Below, piece after piece: positions 16,504 to 24,578 of a stretch of 39,187 nucleotides of DNA (its first letter is position 1; the number at the start of each line of letters is the position of its first letter). A program made the position numbers and the translations under genes. Source of the DNA: a virus. The notes under the pieces were generated by a model. It was given only the letters and a program-made list of their open reading frames with translations. It did no database searches and was not told the origin of the DNA. The DNA lies in the UHGV virus genome UHGV-0864147; one strand, 5' to 3'.

Positions 16504-19110
16504 TTATTTCCTGCAAACTCCAGATGATGTTAATCCATCAAAAATAACCTGCACTCTGGCAATAACAACATCAACTCCAGAAGTCGTTTCACTTGCATAA
16601 CCAAGTTTTATTTTAGATACAATATCCTGAGTAAGTTCAGATATTTCAGTTTCTGCAATGTTACCAGAGGCCATGTGATTATCGTATGCCATAGAATGAA
16701 TTCCATTATTGACATCGATTGAACTAGTATGTTTGTGAAAAATAGATGGGTTTACCTGAAACGAATTTGAACCGATAAGATCAGAAGATACTCCATTCAT
16801 CACTGCAGTACAGCGTGGAATATTATTATCGGTTATTGTCATATGCAGACGGTTACCAGTTAACCCCTCACCAAGTGTGACATAATACGCCAATTCTCCA
16901 CCTGCATATTGTTTCCCCTCAACAATAACAGTAATCCCTCTTAATTTCTGATTAGCTAGCAAAAACTTATTACTGTCTATATAGCATTTATTTGCGGAAC
17001 CAAAAACAGCCCCTTCTAAAATATCTGATGAATAGGAATAAATAAGGTCACCTGAAACAAAGGAAAGAATATCAGATACGTTTCCTTTTTTAGATAAGTT
17101 GGGAGAATAGCTATTAACTATTTCATATTGTCCTGTGATAAAATCAAGGTAAACGCCATCAGTTTTCATCTCTTTAAAGAAAATGCTATTAAAGCATCCA
17201 TCAAGAACCGGTGGATATATTCTAGAGCTTGCATAAGCTGTTGGGTGATTCTTATTATTACCACTACCAGGCGAATAAACATCTTCGTTAGTCATTGACT
17301 TTTTAAGCTTAACAGGAATCATCGGCTGCATATCAATTTTGCAGTTCCCTGAACCACCGATGCGAGGATAAAATAAACCACCAAACCTTACAATATTACT
17401 ACTGAATAGTATTTCGTTATCGTTAAGTGTTATCTCAACGAAGTTTCCAATAAGTTTAAATTCAACTGAAAACAAACCAAGTGGAGCAGATAATTTAACA
17501 ATATTGCGCATAAAAACACCTACAGTCCCTGTTGATGCAGTATAGTGTGTGGTTTCAAAGGCAGAGCCTGTATATTTCAAGTTAATGAAATTATTATGGT
17601 ATGAAGACAATTGGAATTGAATCCCAGAACTAAGGATTTCAATATCTACAAATTGAATCCTTACGGAGTAAGAATATGATAAATCTTCATATTCATAAGG
17701 CAATGTAACATCTTTTGAAATAGTTGCCCTCACATAATTACCAGAAACCACATCAACCCCATCACGTACTGCATTAAAGTAACGATTAAAATCAATAAGC
17801 CCAGCGCCAACATACTGCGCATATGAACGAGTCCATCCTGCCATTGCGTTTCGTCCATTCTGAGCTTCTAAACTGCTAAATTCAGAGTCACTTGTGGTAC
17901 TTGATGGGAGGATATTTGTACAAAAAACAATTTCAGGCATTGAAGTAATATCATTCAGTTCAGCCATCAATTTAAAAAAAGTTTTCTGCGGGAAGTTACC
18001 AACATCCCAACCATCTCCGTCATTCATGCCAAAAGCAATAATAACAACATCAGGGTTAATATCACGAATGTAATCAATCCAGCGTCTGTTCGTGTCTGAA
18101 TACCATGGGTACTGTGAGTTATAAGAAGTAATTGCTGGTGTATCTTTTCCAAGGTCATAGTACCTCATTCCACCAATTGCTCTGTTAAATAAAGTAGAAC
18201 TTGGGAATTTCTCTTGCAAAACTCTCTTAAGATGAGCGGCAAAAATGCTTGATCGATCCACTGTGCTTATATTATATGGGGCACTTAAGCTGTCACCAAC
18301 TAACACTATTTTTGAGTTAGGCCTTGATAATCTCTCAAGTGTTTTAGATGTGACTAAACTGCAGGAATTAATGAACTGAGTACTATTTAGCGTCTGTTCA
18401 AGTGTATCACCAAATCTGGTACCAACGTATGATGATCCGTTGACACTTGCTAGCTTAAGGCATAAATCAGCAGTATCTGTAATTGAAAAAATAGGAACAG
18501 GACGTCCTAAACTGTCATACCCCTGAATTGAGTTTGCCCTAGAAGATGCTGATGCCATTTCGCTTACTATCTCAGGGAAGCGGAGTGTTTTAGATATGTT
18601 GCTGTTAATAACTCCTTTGATAGATGAGTCTGTATATTTCTTCGTGGAAGCGTCCTGAGGAAATAATGGATCATCAAGGTTACGAATACGATTGCCGAGT
18701 GCATCGTAGTAAGTGGCACTAAATGATGGTTTACGAAGAGCCAGCCGAGCCATGCTTTTGACTAACTGGATCAGCATCGTTAGCTTATCAAAAGCATCCT
18801 CATGCACTTCCGCAAAGAACTTACCCTGATTGCGCAGATCAGTTTCCTGTGTAACCGGTAGCTCTCGTGATATAGAAATCTTATAGCCATTGGCCAACGC
18901 CTTCGACAATATTACATTTCCACCATTGTATCCTCCGGCCCCGGTAACTATATAATCAGTATCAAGAGTCAGTACGGTGATATTTTCATGAATATCAACA
19001 ACCTGCACAATCAAATCAGATTTATTGAAAACCCTAAAGGCATACGGAAACGATGTCGTAACGCCGTTACCGGTGTATTCGTTGTGGTCAACTTCGGTTG
19101 AGACCGTCAT
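16504..19110 (-). CDS. tailspike: T7 gp17-like N-terminal adaptor domain plus SGNH/GDSL hydrolase domain
   Basis: 868 aa; N-terminus YTGNGVTTSFPY pattern; internal VLVGDSLSA (block I) and FGMNDG (block III) SGNH motifs; AT-rich. Confidence 0.75.
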   Translation of the reverse strand: MTVSTEVDHNEYTGNGVTTSFPYAFRVFNKSDLIVQVVDIHENITVLTLDTDYIVTGAGGYNGGNVILSKALANGYKISISRELPVTQETDLRNQGKFFAEVHEDAFDKLTMLIQLVKSMARLALRKPSFSATYYDALGNRIRNLDDPLFPQDASTKKYTDSSIKGVINSNISKTLRFPEIVSEMASASSRANSIQGYDSLGRPVPIFSITDTADLCLKLASVNGSSYVGTRFGDTLEQTLNSTQFINSCSLVTSKTLERLSRPNSKIVLVGDSLSAPYNISTVDRSSIFAAHLKRVLQEKFPSSTLFNRAIGGMRYYDLGKDTPAITSYNSQYPWYSDTNRRWIDYIRDINPDVVIIAFGMNDGDGWDVGNFPQKTFFKLMAELNDITSMPEIVFCTNILPSSTTSDSEFSSLEAQNGRNAMAGWTRSYAQYVGAGLIDFNRYFNAVRDGVDVVSGNYVRATISKDVTLPYEYEDLSYSYSVRIQFVDIEILSSGIQFQLSSYHNNFINLKYTGSAFETTHYTASTGTVGVFMRNIVKLSAPLGLFSVEFKLIGNFVEITLNDNEILFSSNIVRFGGLFYPRIGGSGNCKIDMQPMIPVKLKKSMTNEDVYSPGSGNNKNHPTAYASSRIYPPVLDGCFNSIFFKEMKTDGVYLDFITGQYEIVNSYSPNLSKKGNVSDILSFVSGDLIYSYSSDILEGAVFGSANKCYIDSNKFLLANQKLRGITVIVEGKQYAGGELAYYVTLGEGLTGNRLHMTITDNNIPRCTAVMNGVSSDLIGSNSFQVNPSIFHKHTSSIDVNNGIHSMAYDNHMASGNIAETEISELTQDIVSKIKLGYASETTSGVDVVIARVQVIFDGLTSSGVCRK

Positions 19111-19214
19111 GTTAAATCTCCAGATAGTCGCAGCACCCGTTGCGCCGCATATCTGGTTATTCTATTACCTGAAAAACCATATATGTATAGAAAGACTATA
19201 AATACCAATAGATA

Positions 19215-19229
19215 TTACCTTTATGGTAA
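19215..19229. promoter_or_regulatory. TTACC-N5-GGTAA site upstream of LexA box
   Basis: Perfect arms; 38 bp upstream of LexA box. Confidence 0.45.
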
Positions 19230-19266
19230 TTTGCAAAACGTGCTGGATAGCAAACAAATTATTTGA

Positions 19267-19286
19267 TACTGTATAAATATACAGTT
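19267..19286 (+). promoter_or_regulatory. LexA (SOS) box
   Basis: TACTGTATAAATATACAGTT, i.e. CTGT-N8-ACAG with AT-rich spacer, 2 mismatches to the 20-mer consensus; 20 bp upstream of ATG 19306. Confidence 0.7.
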
Positions 19287-19305
19287 ATTGCATGGAGAAG
19301 ATAAG

Positions 19306-19563
19306 ATGCAGCGGTATCACTATCCACTGGAAGACGGATTTACCGAAAGGATTCACACGCCGGGAGGCGTCAGGTCACTGGTGGAGGGATCGCACTTGAT
19401 GAAATTACTCCGGGATCTCGATAAGGATGGATTTAATGTCGATGGCCCACTTGCCGAACTGACTGCACTGATTAACTACGTCACCAGCTCACAGATGTCT
19501 ATGCGGGATCTGCAAACACATCTCGACTATTGTGCCGAACAATTACGAAAACAAACCAGATAA
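19306..19563 (+). CDS. small protein paralogous to antirepressor C-terminal domain; LexA-regulated
   Basis: ATG 19306 with GGAG upstream; about 45 percent identity to Ant C-terminus by eye; LexA box upstream. Confidence 0.5.
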   Translation: MQRYHYPLEDGFTERIHTPGGVRSLVEGSHLMKLLRDLDKDGFNVDGPLAELTALINYVTSSQMSMRDLQTHLDYCAEQLRKQTR

Positions 19564-19566
19564 GGT

Positions 19567-19609
19567 TTGCAATTACCAAGTGGAGTGCTTATATTTACCT
19601 TTGAGGTAA
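19567..19609 (+). promoter_or_regulatory. promoter-like element (-35 TTGCAA, -10 TATATT) with TTACC-N5-GGTAA site 19595-19609
   Basis: 17-bp spacer; perfect operator-like repeat overlapping -10/+1. Confidence 0.4.
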
Positions 19610-19877
19610 ATTTACATCGCACTCCTCTTGTGCCATAGTAATCGGGCACTGGCAAAATCCAGTGCCGGGATTGGTCTCCCGGATTACTACAGAGGCACAT
19701 ATGCCGCATAAGCGGTTTTTTTTATGTGTAAAGCGCACCTATTCTATGGTGGGCTGTGTGGGGGCACCGAAAGGTGCGCCGGGTTCCTTTGTAGCCGGTA
19801 AGACCAACTCTGCACAGTTCACCACCATCTGATTGGTCTCAGCGGTGGTGATTAACCTAACTACAAAGGTGATCGCC
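19610..19877 (+). ncRNA. structured leader / candidate regulatory RNA upstream of ant
   Basis: Hairpins at 19646-19665, 19665-19682, 19704-19715 plus U8, 19764-19777 (GAAA loop), 19819-19851; CCTTTGTAG (19786-19794) complementary to ant SD region (19861-19869). Confidence 0.3.
19704..19723 (+). terminator. weak terminator/attenuator in ant leader
   Basis: CCGC ATAA GCGG followed by eight T. Confidence 0.35.
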
Positions 19878-20570
19878 ATGAATACCAAACCTTCCATCTT
19901 TTCCTTTGAGTCATCCTGCCAGATCCGTATGTTCATGATTGACGGAGAACCTTGGTTTGTCACCAAAGATGTGTGCAATGCTTTGAATATTGATGTTACA
20001 CAAGCGAGAAAACTTGATAAAAAAGGCTGGAACAAAAAGGGGCTGTATTCAATACAGACCCCTGGTGGAATACAAGAACTATCCATCGTTTCAGAATCAG
20101 GTCTCTACATCCTTATTCTGCGTTGCAAAGAGGCAATGACTGAGGGAACGAGAGCATTCAGATTTCTTGAATGGGTTACAGGCGAGGTTCTTCCTCAGAT
20201 CCGCCGCACCGGAAGTTACATTAAAAACTCGCTACCGCAGGAAGAACGCATAAAGATGGTTGCCGACCAGGTAGCCAACGCCACGGCGTCAGCAGTAATG
20301 CAGGCGATGAAGATAGAGAACAAAACCTACAACGCCCCGCTGAAGCCCGGCTACCGCAGCCTGATTCATTCCCCGTCTGGTGTTCTCGGCCTGACGGAGA
20401 ACTCACTGCTGATGAATCTGCTGAACCAGTTACAGGAAGACGGGCACGACGTATCGGGCGCGGCGGCGGAGCTGACCACCATGTTCTGCTACATCGTCGG
20501 TGTGAGCAAATGCCTGCGTGATATCCAGACGCACGCGGAGTACATCAACGACAAGGCTGGGTTCTTCTGA
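19878..20570 (+). CDS. ant: antirepressor (Bro-N N-terminal domain)
   Basis: FSFESSCQIRMFMIDGEPWFVTKDVCNALNI and GLYILILRC / VLPQIRRTGSY Bro-N signatures. Confidence 0.8.
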   Translation: MNTKPSIFSFESSCQIRMFMIDGEPWFVTKDVCNALNIDVTQARKLDKKGWNKKGLYSIQTPGGIQELSIVSESGLYILILRCKEAMTEGTRAFRFLEWVTGEVLPQIRRTGSYIKNSLPQEERIKMVADQVANATASAVMQAMKIENKTYNAPLKPGYRSLIHSPSGVLGLTENSLLMNLLNQLQEDGHDVSGAAAELTTMFCYIVGVSKCLRDIQTHAEYINDKAGFF

Positions 20571-20635
20571 CGGGCGGCGGCACAGGGATGTGCCTTTAAA
20601 TAATTCTGTACAGATTGCAGGTGAATAGCTTACTA

Positions 20636-20650
20636 TTACCTCACGGGTGA
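20636..20650. promoter_or_regulatory. TTACC-N5-GGTGA site upstream of moron
   Basis: 9/10 arm match. Confidence 0.35.
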
Positions 20651-20739
20651 TCCATAGCGATTAGGCACCGATACAGGAGGAGCCCACATGAGAAAATTTG
20701 ACGAGTACGAAGGCGTTTAACATTCGGATAGTTTAATGA

Positions 20740-20761
20740 CGGGGCCATTAGGCCCCGTTTT
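20740..20761 (+). terminator. terminator/attenuator after 10-codon mini-ORF
   Basis: CGGGGCC ATTA GGCCCCG followed by TTTT. Confidence 0.5.
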
Positions 20762-20779
20762 CATGTCTGGAGACAGTTT

Positions 20780-21319
20780 GTGTTAAGTGAAGAAATGCAA
20801 TTTGCCATGGCTGTGGCTCAAATCGTAAGTGCAGTCGCGGTTTCGCTTGGCTTGTTCATAGCTATCGCTACTATTATTTATAATGTAAATACAGCGAGAA
20901 AAGTACACACTTCAGTATTCCTTGGTGAAAGCAGGTTTGATGTAGATTATAAGAAAGGCCTATCTACTATGCGCCGCATTCACGAATCGAACAAATCATT
21001 CCGCTCTTATATGTATCCAAGCAATGGGCAGGCTGATCTTACGGATGAAGAAAAGACAGAGAAGAGAGAAATAATTTACTGTCTAGGTTTCTACGAACGC
21101 ATGGCTGTGAGCGTGAAGCGGAAAACTTATGATGAGACCATGATTAAGGAAGTATTTTACAGCTCCGTTGTAAATAACTATCAGATTGCGCTACCTCTTA
21201 TACAAGCCATTAGAGAAAAAGAAAACATAAACACATATTTTAAAGAATATGAATGGTTGGCCACACGATGGAAGGATTGCCCATTGAAGGATAAATCCCC
21301 GTGGTACAAGTTTTGGTAA
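20780..21319 (+). CDS. AT-rich moron: single-pass membrane protein of unknown function
   Basis: 179 aa; N-terminal TM helix; own promoter-like region and terminators on both sides. Confidence 0.5.
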   Translation: MLSEEMQFAMAVAQIVSAVAVSLGLFIAIATIIYNVNTARKVHTSVFLGESRFDVDYKKGLSTMRRIHESNKSFRSYMYPSNGQADLTDEEKTEKREIIYCLGFYERMAVSVKRKTYDETMIKEVFYSSVVNNYQIALPLIQAIREKENINTYFKEYEWLATRWKDCPLKDKSPWYKFW

Positions 21320-21413
21320 GCCAGCGCTGCGGGCTTTTTTTGTGGACGAAACAAAAGTCAGTGATACACTCATTGACGCCACATTGAGGTGGCTTATAGA
21401 TGGAAATTTCACA

Positions 21414-21575
21414 ATGAAAAAAGCATTTGCTGCACTGTTCGTTTTGTTGTCTCTGGTAGCTTCAACTCAGGCTTTTGCCGGTCGTTGTCAGCACGACAGC
21501 GATACTGCCGCTGACGGCTCCCGCTGCGGTGGGCGTTCTGCGGATTCCCGCCCGGGTGGCGGTGGCATTCGTTAA
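21414..21575 (+). CDS. small secreted peptide (signal peptide MKKAFAALFVLLSLVASTQAFA)
   Basis: 53 aa from ATG 21414; classic signal peptide; Gly/Asp-rich mature region. Confidence 0.35.
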   Translation: MKKAFAALFVLLSLVASTQAFAGRCQHDSDTAADGSRCGGRSADSRPGGGGIR

Positions 21576-21580
21576 AAACA

Positions 21581-21598
21581 AGGCCGCGAAAGCGGCCT
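21581..21598 (-). terminator. terminator after small membrane protein gene
   Basis: AGGCCGC GAAA GCGGCCT; U-tract on minus strand. Confidence 0.5.
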
Positions 21599-21610
21599 GT
21601 GACATGTCAC
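21599..21610. repeat. 12-bp perfect palindrome GTGACATGTCAC (copy 2)
   Basis: Identical to copy at 2647-2658; overlaps a minus-strand stop codon and abuts terminator hairpin. Confidence 0.6.
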
Positions 21611-21903
21611 GTCCCTTTTCTGAATGATAGCCATTCGAAAAATGATGACATTCCACCGCAGACAACAGCAAAGATGATCCCACCAAAGAAGAGAATGCCA
21701 GCCTGCCACCACTCCCACCGCCATACATCCACAGCGCCAACCATACCAACAATCGCTCCAACAAATGGAATATAGCTCACGATGAAAGCAATGGGGGCTG
21801 CAATTATCCAGTGCAATCCCCACCATGATTCAAGCCCAGCCATAATTGCTGCCAACTGAAAAAGACCAACGACGATATAAACAATGAATCCTATAGCTTG
21901 CAT
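21607..21903 (-). CDS. small integral membrane protein
   Basis: 98 aa, 3 hydrophobic segments, AGGTGG upstream of ATG. Confidence 0.45.
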   Translation of the reverse strand: MQAIGFIVYIVVGLFQLAAIMAGLESWWGLHWIIAAPIAFIVSYIPFVGAIVGMVGAVDVWRWEWWQAGILFFGGIIFAVVCGGMSSFFEWLSFRKGT

Positions 21904-21915
21904 GTAGCCACCTAT

Positions 21916-22089
21916 TTACCCAGTAAAAATCAGAGGCCTCCCCTCAATAAGGCTTGCAACAAGAACTATTCCCTGCACAACAAAGATGAACCAGCAAATA
22001 GCTTGAGTCTGAGGGTTAAGAAAATATTTGTAGCGGTCAATAAATAACAACCCACCAAAAATTATCACACTCAAAATAATTAAAAACAC
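21916..22089 (-). CDS. small membrane peptide (57 aa, GTG start)
   Basis: Not in track; AAGGAAG before GTG; hydrophobic translation FLIILSVIIFGGLLF... Confidence 0.3.
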   Translation of the reverse strand: MFLIILSVIIFGGLLFIDRYKYFLNPQTQAICWFIFVVQGIVLVASLIEGRPLIFTG

Positions 22090-22098
22090 AACACTTCC

Positions 22099-24573
22099 TT
22101 ATTGCGGAGTGACATCCTGAGGTCGCCACCAGTATGTCTGGTTAAACTCTTTCTTCGAACGTTGCTCCATTTTACGCAAATAACCTGGTGAAAAATACTC
22201 CTGCATCTGGTTAAAGATCATGTGATCGAGAGCCGCCTTTAAGTACCAGAGATTCGCACCTGGCATCAGACCTTTCCCCAGCTTGACCAGATCACCACCA
22301 GTCTGCTCATTCTTCCCTTCCACAGCATTTAACGGTATGCCCTGAGCAATCTTCACTACGTCATCAACCAGACCAGCTACCGGGCCAAGCATCGACGCCA
22401 GCGCGCCGCTTCCGTACCTAGTGTGATCTGACAATAAAAAGTCACCGTAAAGGCCAAGACCACCACCTTTCAGTAGAGCACCAAGCCAAAATTTAGCAGC
22501 ATCTTCTCCTGTCATCTCACGAGGATTACGACCAGACGCAAGGTCGTTAAGTTGCTGCGACAAAGCGCCAAGAATGGTCGTACTGGCAATAAACGTCGCA
22601 ATATATGCCGCACGCCCACCAGCAGACGGCATACCCATAGCGCGTGACCAGTGACGCATAACCACCGAGATAGGGAACGATTTAAACAGGAAAACACTTC
22701 TCGTTAATTCACCTTTCCATGTTCCACGCTGAATACCAGAACCGGTTATCAGTTGCTCACGTGCTCCCGGTGTAATAACAGCCATATCAACTTCTTCAGT
22801 TACGGCACCGAGCAGTTTACGCATTGCCTCAAATTTCACGCGTTCAGGCTCACCAAGATGTTTAACTGCTGAATCAGGGATACGCATAATGCTTTCCGGT
22901 GTCAGCATCGTATTATTACCGTTCCCCCAGTCCTCCTGTTGCGCCAGCTTCCATACGCTCCAGTCTGTGTCAGTAATTCCTTTGCTTTTCAGGATACGAA
23001 AATCAGAGTCATCGAGGCTACGAAGGTCTGGTGTCCGTGACACTACTTCTCCCAGGCTTCCCATCATGGTTACGCCATAGGCGCGCTTGTGCGCATCTGA
23101 CCATGCTGTAAGCCCACTGGCACGCATTACCGCCGTTGCCGCCCAGCGAGACACTGACGGCCCCATATTATCCATCGCCCAGCGGTTAACGCTGCCAAGT
23201 AGAGATTCCATCGCCAGACCAGCGCGGCGCGCCCGCGCAAGTTCTGTACGGTTCGTTGGGTCCATAGCTTCAAGCTGGTTGCGGAATAACTGGTTCATTG
23301 GAAGGTTGGTAACCTTCGCAGACAGATACATGGTTCCAAGATCAGAGAACGATGACAGCAACGCGGATCCGAGTCTGCTGGCAACCAGCCAGTTGCGGAT
23401 ATTGTCAGACCATCGCGCGATGTGCGGATTTGCTACAGGCTGTGTCTTTCCGGAAATAAAGTTGTACAGATTCTCTGTGTTGTTCGCCAGCCGCTCGACT
23501 TTACCGGTTTTACTCGGGTTAGCTGTTGCCGTTTCTGCCTTCACCTGATCAAGAAGAGAGCGGAAAACATGATCTGGGTTTGGGCCATATGTTTCCACCA
23601 GTGCAATATCTTTACTGATACCTTCCAGGTGACCGACCATGATTTCCCATAGAGAGCGATCGCCATAAAGTTGCTGATATTGCAGATAGGAATCTGCATC
23701 TTTGAAATGTATCTGTCGTGATGCATTACCACGGTTAGCACGTGCGCCGGAAATTCGCATTCCGGTATCAGTAAGCTTATTCAGCCCACCAGTAGCGATC
23801 GTGTTATAAGCCTCTCCAAGAAATGCAGACAACTCGGCATCGTTCATCAGTTGTCCATCGGCTCGGATATAATATTTGCGATCCAGCTTACCTATAACAT
23901 CGCTAACCCACTTATCCTTTGATACCGCCCCAACCTTTTCCATAGAATGATGTTGAGGGATCCCCCAGTTTTCGAGATAGCCAATGTCCCCGCCAGCATC
24001 ATTAAACCGGCGGCGCAGTAGATCTGTCACTTCTCTCCACGCCTTAGCACCTTTTCTTGCTTTAGCATTGCCAGTATTTTGTCCTCGCATTTCATATACC
24101 AGGTCACGCACGCCAGCTTCATCTTCAAACAGGCCAAAAAAGCGAGGATCAACTGCTTCAAATGCCTCCTGCAATTGACTCAATGCATAATCACGAGTGG
24201 CTTTTGTTCTGGACTCAACAGAGAGGAAATTCGATTTACCGTCTGCATTAAAAGCAATAGTACGGTTAAGAGCGCCAAGTTTCCCATCAGCCCCTTGATA
24301 GCTATTGATAAATTTATCCAATCTCTGACGTGCGGCTATAGTGAGGGCCACACGACGTTTCTTTAATGCCGCTTCTCGCTGTAATTCTTCAGATGCCAAT
24401 TGTGCTGCTCGATATAGCCGCTCTGATTCGGAAAGTTGTCTCCACGACATCGGGTCATCACGAGCAATGGAGCGCATATTTCGATAAATGCGGTCTTCAA
24501 TGTTCTGTATTTCTCGCGCCGTTAACGTGCGCTGCGCCGCCTGCTGAACCGCTTGTATACATTCCTGTCTCAT
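22099..24573 (-). CDS. large virion protein (internal/ejection protein candidate)
   Basis: 824 aa in structural operon. Confidence 0.5.
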   Translation of the reverse strand: MRQECIQAVQQAAQRTLTAREIQNIEDRIYRNMRSIARDDPMSWRQLSESERLYRAAQLASEELQREAALKKRRVALTIAARQRLDKFINSYQGADGKLGALNRTIAFNADGKSNFLSVESRTKATRDYALSQLQEAFEAVDPRFFGLFEDEAGVRDLVYEMRGQNTGNAKARKGAKAWREVTDLLRRRFNDAGGDIGYLENWGIPQHHSMEKVGAVSKDKWVSDVIGKLDRKYYIRADGQLMNDAELSAFLGEAYNTIATGGLNKLTDTGMRISGARANRGNASRQIHFKDADSYLQYQQLYGDRSLWEIMVGHLEGISKDIALVETYGPNPDHVFRSLLDQVKAETATANPSKTGKVERLANNTENLYNFISGKTQPVANPHIARWSDNIRNWLVASRLGSALLSSFSDLGTMYLSAKVTNLPMNQLFRNQLEAMDPTNRTELARARRAGLAMESLLGSVNRWAMDNMGPSVSRWAATAVMRASGLTAWSDAHKRAYGVTMMGSLGEVVSRTPDLRSLDDSDFRILKSKGITDTDWSVWKLAQQEDWGNGNNTMLTPESIMRIPDSAVKHLGEPERVKFEAMRKLLGAVTEEVDMAVITPGAREQLITGSGIQRGTWKGELTRSVFLFKSFPISVVMRHWSRAMGMPSAGGRAAYIATFIASTTILGALSQQLNDLASGRNPREMTGEDAAKFWLGALLKGGGLGLYGDFLLSDHTRYGSGALASMLGPVAGLVDDVVKIAQGIPLNAVEGKNEQTGGDLVKLGKGLMPGANLWYLKAALDHMIFNQMQEYFSPGYLRKMEQRSKKEFNQTYWWRPQDVTPQ

Positions 24574-24578
24574 TTAAT

